From positions 1 through 17,353 of the forward strand of contig JBNRMN010000029.1 of the NCBI GenBank assembly GCA_050309605.1: a stretch of 17,353 nucleotides of DNA. Reading direction: 5' to 3'. The stretch's first letter is position 1. Each line of letters begins with the position of its first letter. Below the pieces are notes generated by a model. That model was not told the DNA's origin. It ran no database searches and saw only the letters and a list, made by a program, of their open reading frames with translations. Both the position numbers and the translations under genes were made by a program. Of the stretch, positions 1 through 7,119 are shown piece by piece. The stretch comes from Anaerohalosphaeraceae bacterium. Lineage in GTDB: Bacteria > Planctomycetota > Phycisphaerae > Sedimentisphaerales > Anaerohalosphaeraceae.

Positions 1-164
1 CGTCGCCGCTGGTCATCGTTGAGCAACAGACGCTTTTTGCCGAGCTTTTCGCGGAGGATTTTGTTCTCTTCTTTGAGATAGTCAATCATGTCCTGCTGGT
101 GGCGGTTCACCCAGCCGGCCAGCATCATCAAAAGCATGATATGGAAGCGTGGTTTCATTATCAT
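1..164 (-). CDS. Transposase, integrase-core (rve) type IS element, N-terminal part only (runs off the window)
   Basis: Manual translation gives MIMKPRFHIMLLMMLAGWVNRHQQDMIDYLKEENKILREKLGKKRLLLNDDQRR, which I recognise as the 'LAGWVNRxQQxxIxYLxEENxxLRE' N-terminus of integrase-core transposases common in Planctomycetota. Start is 164 or 158. Not in the ORF track. Confidence 0.8.
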   Translation of the reverse strand, partial: MIMKPRFHIMLLMMLAGWVNRHQQDMIDYLKEENKILREKLGKKRLLLNDDQRR

Positions 165-306
165 TGTCCAGAAATATATCTTATCCAGTGCATCTCTTGG
201 CTGTCAGACTATAATAGAAAGACAACAAAAAAACGAGACCTTTCCAAGTCGAAACGATTCGGGACGGCGTTGATGTATGGCCGGATGAGTTTTTATAAGG
301 TACGGG
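1..306 (-). mobile_element. Start-proximal end of an IS element carrying the rve-type transposase
   Basis: Transposase start plus the motif GATGAGTTTTTATAAGGTACGGG (~284-306), which resembles the ends I recall for this family. The boundary is inferred because the partner end is outside the window. Confidence 0.45.
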
Positions 307-359
307 AAGTGGTGAATATCACCGCTGCGTTTGTGGCGGATGAGAAATTCCATTTCGAT

Positions 360-1703
360 CTACGTTTTTCTGTAACCGGACAAAGAATCCATCCGAAGTT
401 TATTATTGGGTTTAACCGAAGACGATGTGTTCAAGACAGGAAACCGGGTCGCGTTAAAAAACTGTTTCACTTGTTCGGGAGCCAGAAATTCGTCGAGCAG
501 AGAAAACAGCTCATCGAGAAGGGTTTTGACCACATCTTTTTCGGCCGGCAAGGTACCGTGTGCCAGCCAGGACCGGTTTCGTTTGTCAAGTGCCTTGGCC
601 AGCGGGCCGTTTTGTTTTTCAAGGCCATCTTTGCCAAAATACAGCGGCTGCAATTTTCGGCCCCAGTCGTCCAGGATACGGCAGAGTATCTCCAGTGCAT
701 CCCGAAGGCCAATCCTGGCGGTGGGAAGCTCGTTTTTGCGATGCACTGAAAACCGCAGATTTTTGATAAATGTATCCGGCAGCTTCAATTTTCTCAGTTC
801 CTGCTCACGCACCTTGCCGGTTTCAATACCGTACTGTTCTTTAAGCCGTACCTGCACCATATACTCAAACGCCCGATACAGCCGCGACAGCGCATCATCG
901 TATCGCCCTTGCTCATATCGCCGCCGTGCATTGGCCGCCAGATCATACAGACGCTCACGGGACCACTGTCCATCCTGTACGGCTTGACAAAAACGACCAG
1001 CAGACTTGATGGCCTTAGGATCGATATGCGTGCGAAGCTCCGATTTGGCCTTGGCCGCTTTGCCCAGGCCGCTGGCGGCAGCCTGCCAGCAGAACCGCTC
1101 CCACTTGTCAAACGCATCGGCCAGGCCGTACAAATCCACCGCCAGCAGCCGAATCTCATCGTCAATATCCTGATTATCTCGATACTCCGCGGCCAGTTGG
1201 CGCGCGGCGGCAAACTCGCCCAGGTCAAAAAAATCCATCGCCCGTTGCAGGTGCTGCCGGGCATAGATCTGGGCCGGATAAAGCGACTCAACGGAGGTGG
1301 ATTTTATCACGCGCCCCGTCTCATCCCGCGGGCCGGTAATGTAGCTGACCTGTGCGGCCTGAACCACAAGGGCCGCCGCAAAGACGGCCGCACTCATCGC
1401 CTTGGTGCCGCTGGTAAAATCGACAATTATCTGCTCCGGCTGACCCAGTGTGCGCAGAATCTTTAAATAGTCTCCGTACAAAGACTGCACATTGTCCTCG
1501 TTGGGGATAACAAAATGCTCAAATGCGATGTGTTTCGGGGCAATAAACTCTTTGAGAATGGGCAGTGTTTCCTGAGCGGTTTTACCCGAACAGAGAAAAA
1601 TCACCTGATCCGGCCTGTTTTGTTCTATCGAAAAGGCCAACGCTTCGGATATATCAAATCGGTCACGGCCTGTACCTACGGTCATCACTAATGTACGCAT
1701 CAT
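360..1703 (-). CDS. csm6: CRISPR-associated CARF-HEPN effector, Csm6/Csx1-like (TIGR02710-type), predicted cOA-activated RNase
   Basis: N-terminal CARF motifs 'LVMTVGTG' and 'VDFTSGTKAMSAA', a helical middle region, and the C-terminal HEPN-like motif 'RNRSWLAHG'. AGGAG RBS at 1707-1711; the second ATG (1700) has better RBS spacing. Confidence 0.85.
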   Translation of the reverse strand: MMRTLVMTVGTGRDRFDISEALAFSIEQNRPDQVIFLCSGKTAQETLPILKEFIAPKHIAFEHFVIPNEDNVQSLYGDYLKILRTLGQPEQIIVDFTSGTKAMSAAVFAAALVVQAAQVSYITGPRDETGRVIKSTSVESLYPAQIYARQHLQRAMDFFDLGEFAAARQLAAEYRDNQDIDDEIRLLAVDLYGLADAFDKWERFCWQAAASGLGKAAKAKSELRTHIDPKAIKSAGRFCQAVQDGQWSRERLYDLAANARRRYEQGRYDDALSRLYRAFEYMVQVRLKEQYGIETGKVREQELRKLKLPDTFIKNLRFSVHRKNELPTARIGLRDALEILCRILDDWGRKLQPLYFGKDGLEKQNGPLAKALDKRNRSWLAHGTLPAEKDVVKTLLDELFSLLDEFLAPEQVKQFFNATRFPVLNTSSSVKPNNKLRMDSLSGYRKT

Positions 1704-1818
1704 ACACTCCTGTTTTGATTAGGTTCAAAGTCAAAAGGTTAAAGTAAAAAAAGGTGCGGCACGCCTTCGGCGGGTCTTGGCTTCTTACCTGTCATTTTGC
1801 CTTTTGCATTCGGCGCAG

Positions 1819-4332
1819 CCGCCAATCCCTTATTCATCAGGGGGGTTTTGCAACGAGTAGCTTAAGAGAAAGCAGCTGCCGTTTCGGCAGCAGGTTTCAA
1901 TCCCTTATTCATCAGGGGGGTTTTGCAACTATAAACCGCTGCCATCGGCGGGGTTATAAGCCCCACCTGTTGTTTCAATCCCTTATTCATCAGGGGGGTT
2001 TTGCAACTCTGAAAGGGTAAAAAATGACAATTGAAGAAGTAATTCTGTTTCAATCCCTTATTCATCAGGGGGGTTTTGCAACTGTAGCCGTCTTGCACCC
2101 GCAGGTCGAGTGACCCTTGTAGTTTCAATCCCTTATTCATCAGGGGGGTTTTGCAACAAAATGAAAATGACAATTGAAGAGATAATTCTGGATGCGCTGT
2201 TTCAATCCCTTATTCATCAGGGGGGTTTTGCAACTATACACAAAGTGCGGTGGTTGCGGATATTATCACTAGTTTCAATCCCTTATTCATCAGGGGGGTT
2301 TTGCAACCGATCCGAAACGACTTATTGTCGGTAAGCGTGAGCAGGAAAGTTTCAATCCCTTATTCATCAGGGGGGTTTTGCAACATCATGGCCTCGGACG
2401 TGCGTTCCGAGATTTGCCGTTTCAATCCCTTATTCATCAGGGGGGTTTTGCAACGGGTAAGCACGGGCTGGTTTGCGCGGTGCGTAACAACGGTTTCAAT
2501 CCCTTATTCATCAGGGGGGTTTTGCAACCCTTCCACTATGGCGCTGTCTTTGGCGACTGTTTAATGTTTCAATCCCTTATTCATCAGGGGGGTTTTGCAA
2601 CAGATTCAGAAGCATTGGAGGATAAAATGTACGAATACGCAAGGGTTTCAATCCCTTATTCATCAGGGGGGTTTTGCAACTGGATTATGACAATCCCGAA
2701 AAAAGGCGGCTATTTTGGGGTTTCAATCCCTTATTCATCAGGGGGGTTTTGCAACGAGTGGAAATCGTCAGAGGTATTGAGTACCTCGATGAGGTTTCAA
2801 TCCCTTATTCATCAGGGGGGTTTTGCAACATGAGTGCGGCGTAACACATGTGGATGGCCGGCCTGTCCGGTTTCAATCCCTTATTCATCAGGGGGGTTTT
2901 GCAACAGAAAACCGGGAAGTCTCTCGGGATCTTAGGCCACTCGTTTGTTTCAATCCCTTATTCATCAGGGGGGTTTTGCAACGGGACGATTGACCTAAGG
3001 GTGCAAGACGGATATATCGGTAATGTTTCAATCCCTTATTCATCAGGGGGGTTTTGCAACACGGATACGATATTGAAGACCGCGGCCCCAAGCCGCGGGT
3101 TTCAATCCCTTATTCATCAGGGGGGTTTTGCAACGTCTGTTACTCGTATGGCCGGACTGGCCGGCCATCCAGTTTCAATCCCTTATTCATCAGGGGGGTT
3201 TTGCAACGCATCAATCCGGATGCGCTATACGAGATCAGCTGGCCGGAAGTTTCAATCCCTTATTCATCAGGGGGGTTTTGCAACCTCAGACGGACGCTCA
3301 GGTTATCCGATAGTCTGTATCCTGTTTCAATCCCTTATTCATCAGGGGGGTTTTGCAACATCACCCAATCCAGCTTACGCAGAACAGTGTCGGGAATGTT
3401 TCAATCCCTTATTCATCAGGGGGGTTTTGCAACATCGGCGTAGCGGTGATACCAATCTTTGCTCGTCCACCAGGTTTCAATCCCTTATTCATCAGGGGGG
3501 TTTTGCAACAGCACCACGTCCAACTTGACCTGCGACTGCAACTTGGTTTCAATCCCTTATTCATCAGGGGGGTTTTGCAACTGATAAACTCTGGCGGCTG
3601 CTGCGAAAGCCATTTTTGTTTCAATCCCTTATTCATCAGGGGGGTTTTGCAACAGCATATGCGAAAGAACATGGGGCAAGCATCCTCAAGGTTTCAATCC
3701 CTTATTCATCAGGGGGGTTTTGCAACCTTCCTCCCGCCGCCGGCACGGGGCGGGGGGTTTTGAGAGTTTCAATCCCTTATTCATCAGGGGGGTTTTGCAA
3801 CAACAACATCAGTTTTCAAAGTGCTTAAGGCGGAGTTTGCCGTTTCAATCCCTTATTCATCAGGGGGGTTTTGCAACGGTGATGGCTGTGGTATCCCTGT
3901 GCTCGCGGCATATATTTCAGTTTCAATCCCTTATTCATCAGGGGGGTTTTGCAACACATAGTAGAGGGTGAGGGGGACTATTGCCCACAATGTGTGGTTT
4001 CAATCCCTTATTCATCAGGGGGGTTTTGCAACATGGGTCAGCCGCCGCCGCCGCCGCCGCGTCCGGCAGTGTTTCAATCCCTTATTCATCAGGGGGGTTT
4101 TGCAACGCCGTGGCGGGTTAATGGCTGGGCTACGTCGCGAATTACGTTTCAATCCCTTATTCATCAGGGGGGTTTTGCAACGGCACGGATTGGGCCGCGC
4201 AACGGCGATGGGTAATGGAGTTTCAATCCCTTATTCATCAGGGGGGTTTTGCAACTACATTGATCCGGCGGCTACAGGGCTAAAATACTGTTACGTGTTT
4301 CAATCCCTTATTCATCAGGGGGGTTTTGCAAC
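1819..4332 (-). CRISPR. CRISPR array: 34 repeats (36 bp, GTTGCAAAACCCCCCTGATGAATAAGGGATTGAAAC on the minus strand) and 33 spacers of 34-43 bp
   Basis: Identical repeats counted from 1894 to 4332; the trailer repeat 1819-1854 differs in its last 4 nt. Orientation follows from the 3' ATTGAAAC handle, the AT-rich leader next to cas2, and the degenerate repeat at the far end. Confidence 0.99.
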
Positions 4333-4516
4333 CGCGTCGTTTGTAACTCTTTTTTATTTAATATGTTACAAGTCCTTTTTTCATCGTCGGCTGTCTTGGT
4401 TTCTTTTTGGGATGTATCGCCCAATCGGAATTTTCTAAAAATTGTCATAACTTTTTTATTTACACTATGTTAAATGTTTTCTATAGCCGCCCGGCCGGCG
4501 GATTTCTGTTTGCCGC
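4333..4516 (-). promoter_or_regulatory. CRISPR leader
   Basis: AT-rich non-coding 184 bp between the cas2 stop and the first repeat; contains two TAAC-N17-GTTA motifs (4344-4368, 4448-4472). Confidence 0.85.
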
Positions 4517-4792
4517 TTATACAATAAAACAGATTTCCTGATTTGTCAACTCGGCATCGCCAAAAAGCTGCGTCTGATCCAGGCAACGTCGGCAGATGTG
4601 GTAAATCCGAATGGAATCTTCTTCAACATTGATCACTTTCTGGAGCCGGTCAATCAGTTCCTTAAGCAATTCATCATCCAAATCCGCTTCAAAGACGCTG
4701 TACTGGACGCGATAGCCGTAATCCAGCAGGATCTTGGCGACCTTGAGGCGTCGCTTATCATCGGAACAGTCATAGGCGATCACCACAAACAT
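4517..4792 (-). CDS. cas2: CRISPR-associated endoribonuclease Cas2
   Basis: 91 aa, 'VVIAYDCSDDKRRLKVAKIL...RVQYSVFE' Cas2 signature; AAAGGAG RBS overlapping the cas1 stop. Confidence 0.97.
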   Translation of the reverse strand: MFVVIAYDCSDDKRRLKVAKILLDYGYRVQYSVFEADLDDELLKELIDRLQKVINVEEDSIRIYHICRRCLDQTQLFGDAELTNQEICFIV

Positions 4793-4804
4793 CGCATCGC
4801 TCCT

Positions 4805-5806
4805 TTACAGACAAAGCCGATAGTGCCGATAGGGCTGCTTGTCCCTGATGGCCGCTTCGAATGCTTCGGACTGACGATAAAGCAGCTCGCGCGGCGACAG
4901 GTGCGGCTGGTTTTCCAGAAGCCGCTGCGGCGCATCCAAAAACTGCTCCCATTGGGTGATGAGGGTGCGTTTGGCGGATTCGGATAAGAGTACCGCATTC
5001 ATCGGACCCGATGAAAAGTCCTTGCTTTGCAGGATTTTTTTGTTGAACATCAGCATGACAAACCGGTCGGCAATGGGCTGGCGAAACTGCTCGACAAAGT
5101 CCAGTGCCAGTGCCGGTGCGTTGCGGTTGGGTTTGTGCATAAAACCCAAATAGATGTCAAACCGTGTTGTCTGCAGCGCACAGCAGCAATGTTCGGTCAG
5201 CAGGACATAGGTGTAAGACAGTACCGCATTGACCGGGTCGGTCGGGGGGCGACGGACTCGGCCGGAAAAATTCATTCCCAATCCTTCAAATATCCTGACC
5301 ATCGCCGCGAAATACTCGCGAGCAACAATGCCCTCTATACCGCGAAGCGATTCGATGCTCGTCTGGTGATTGATTTGGGCGGCATACTCGAGGATTTGCT
5401 GAATCTGCGGCCGCAGGTCTTTTTGCGGATGATTGTAGAGATAACGTCTGATAACATTGCACATACTCGCCGCCCGCGCGGCGACCAGATCGCGGCAAAA
5501 CGCCAGGGCATAGTTCGGATCCTGCGCCAATTCGTACTGGTTTTGCCGGAGGGCGACATGCGGGGTATCGGGCGGAACCAGCACGCCGCGGAGTCGTCCG
5601 GTCAATGTGGTCATCACCAAGGGAATCCGACGGTCCAATAAGAGCGACATGGCCTGTGTTGTGACTTGAATGCGGCCAATCATTACAACACGGGTCAGGC
5701 GGTGAATCGGAACGGTCAGCAGCTCCTGGTCGTCTTTGGTGACCACGAGCCGCCGACCGGTGCAGCCGAGTTTTGAGCCTTGCTCTTTTAAGTACAGTGT
5801 GTACAT
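4805..5806 (-). CDS. cas1: CRISPR-associated endonuclease Cas1 (no RT or Cas4 fusion)
   Basis: 333 aa with 'LRGIEG', 'RRPPTDPVNAVLSYTY', 'GFMH' and 'LALDFVEQFR'; catalytic E/H/D-E residues present. Confidence 0.97.
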   Translation of the reverse strand: MYTLYLKEQGSKLGCTGRRLVVTKDDQELLTVPIHRLTRVVMIGRIQVTTQAMSLLLDRRIPLVMTTLTGRLRGVLVPPDTPHVALRQNQYELAQDPNYALAFCRDLVAARAASMCNVIRRYLYNHPQKDLRPQIQQILEYAAQINHQTSIESLRGIEGIVAREYFAAMVRIFEGLGMNFSGRVRRPPTDPVNAVLSYTYVLLTEHCCCALQTTRFDIYLGFMHKPNRNAPALALDFVEQFRQPIADRFVMLMFNKKILQSKDFSSGPMNAVLLSESAKRTLITQWEQFLDAPQRLLENQPHLSPRELLYRQSEAFEAAIRDKQPYRHYRLCL

Positions 5807-5841
5807 ACGTCCCCCTTTTGCTATTCTTTCTTTATAACGGC

Positions 5842-5874
5842 AAAAAATGGACGCAGGATAAGTCCTGTCAATCC
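5842..5874 (-). terminator. Putative intrinsic terminator between csm5 and cas1
   Basis: Minus strand reads GGA-TTGA-CAGGA-CTTA-TCCTG-CG-TCC-A-TTTTTT: an interrupted stem-loop followed by U6. Confidence 0.5.
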
Positions 5875-5890
5875 CTGAAGCACTATGAAC

Positions 5891-5903
5891 TTGTCAAAGA
5901 ACA
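5891..5903 (-). promoter_or_regulatory. boxA-like Nus antitermination site
   Basis: Minus strand TGTTCTTTGACAA is close to the boxA consensus (GYTCTTTAANA) and is intergenic, upstream of cas1-cas2-array. Confidence 0.5.
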
Positions 5904-5922
5904 GAAAAACGCCGGTCGATCG

Positions 5923-7119
5923 TTATTTTATCGGCTCCAGACGTACTTTGGCCCAGCCCATCGGCATCGTGCCGCCCGAGAGGGTGCGGGTTGTGCCCCA
6001 TGGCAGCGAACGACCGTCACGCGTCCTTCGGGTCTGGGGTTTTCGGTACTCATCGACCGTGGTGCACTCGACATGACTGAACCGTCCCAAGCGGATGGGA
6101 AACTCATTGTCGGCATATTTTACAGCCAGCAGTTCCTGGCTGTATTGTTCTGATTCGGGATTGGAACGATGAAACTTTTCGTGTTCGGCCTGCATCTTGG
6201 GCAGATAAAATCTGCGGCAGGCCATCAGCAGATCATAGGCATTCAGCGCCCTCGAGACGGCGTTGATTTCTTTTTGCTGCCGTTTGTCAAAGGTGCGATG
6301 CCGCGGCAACTGGTCGTCAATATCCAGTGTGCCCACGGCCGTGATGGTTTCGCCGTCCAGCATTGAAAAACATTGTTCATAAAACATCTGGTCGGGGCCG
6401 ATGCTTTTGTTGGGATTGAAGATTTCGGCCTTGTCGATGAATGTGGGCGACTCCGGCAAAAACACATCTTCAATCTTTAAGCAGCGGAACGGATCGGTAT
6501 ACGGGTTGAATTTTGACTGCTCTAATACCAGTGGCTCAAGAACGTATCTGCCAAAGTTTTCATATCCTTTTGCGATGATTTTTTCCCGTTCCTGATTCGC
6601 CTTTTTCCCTTGCAACCCTTTTTTCTGAATTATCCGTTCCGCCTTTTTTTTGGATTTTTCTTCTGCGTCGTTAAAATGCTGCCGGACTTTGTCATTATGA
6701 GTCTGAGTCATCGCATTGATGACCGCCGTGCGGATGGCGCCTTTGATGGATGATCCGGGGATGTAGGCCTGCCAGTTGCCGGGGCTTCGGGTCATCAGGG
6801 TCACTTCGAGTTTGGTATTGGGGTTTTTGAGATTGCGCTGGTAGGCGGCTTCGAAGGCGACAGCATCGGCAGAAAAGCAGGCATGCTTTTGCGGGTCGGC
6901 CTGGCGATGGATAAAATCGCGCAGCACGACGGGGTTGGGGTCGGATGCCTTTCGGTTGAACTCGGCCCGCAGGGCACCGTCCATCTGGCTGAGGAACCGG
7001 GGCAGATCCAGCCGATAAAAGATGCCGTCTTTGACCACATATTCCAGCGGGTCGATGTCCTGGCCGGAGCCGATATGCACAGGCGAAAGGATTTGAAGGG
7101 TCATTTTATAGTGTTTCAT
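5923..7119 (-). CDS. csm5: Type III-A RAMP protein Csm5
   Basis: 'LSPVHIGSG', 'YIPGSSIKGAIRTA', 'DPFRCLKIED' and C-terminal 'PMGW'; located after csm4. Confidence 0.93.
   Translation of the reverse strand: MKHYKMTLQILSPVHIGSGQDIDPLEYVVKDGIFYRLDLPRFLSQMDGALRAEFNRKASDPNPVVLRDFIHRQADPQKHACFSADAVAFEAAYQRNLKNPNTKLEVTLMTRSPGNWQAYIPGSSIKGAIRTAVINAMTQTHNDKVRQHFNDAEEKSKKKAERIIQKKGLQGKKANQEREKIIAKGYENFGRYVLEPLVLEQSKFNPYTDPFRCLKIEDVFLPESPTFIDKAEIFNPNKSIGPDQMFYEQCFSMLDGETITAVGTLDIDDQLPRHRTFDKRQQKEINAVSRALNAYDLLMACRRFYLPKMQAEHEKFHRSNPESEQYSQELLAVKYADNEFPIRLGRFSHVECTTVDEYRKPQTRRTRDGRSLPWGTTRTLSGGTMPMGWAKVRLEPIK

Noticed and set aside
99..1466. Plus-strand ORFs (216, 193 and 185 aa) and similar antisense ORFs over the cas and RHS genes
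   Set aside because: Shadow frames opposite well-supported genes, with no recognisable motifs.
3510..3545. Spacer 23 (DLRLQ) resembling the DLRVQ spacers
   Set aside because: Short match with unrelated flanks.
3752..3762. Spacer 26 contains GGGGGGTTTTG, identical to part of the repeat
   Set aside because: Low-complexity 11-mer, better explained as a terminator-like tail.
1754..4438. Numerous ORFs across the array (FQSLIHQGGFAT, VSIPYSSGGFCN and similar repeats)
   Set aside because: Translation artefacts of a CRISPR repeat with few stop codons.
4805..5806. RT-Cas1 or Cas4 involvement in acquisition
   Set aside because: Cas1 is a stand-alone 333-aa protein and no RT (YADD-type) or Cas4 ORF is present in the window.
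5831..5896. Two TTGACA hexamers upstream of cas1 as an internal promoter
   Set aside because: No -10 element at 16-18 bp spacing from either.
5865..5902. Degenerate repeat as a CreA/CreTA-like mini-array
   Set aside because: Only the 3' 12 nt resemble the repeat, the left stem arm is missing, there is no second repeat, and I see no guide match to the cas promoter.
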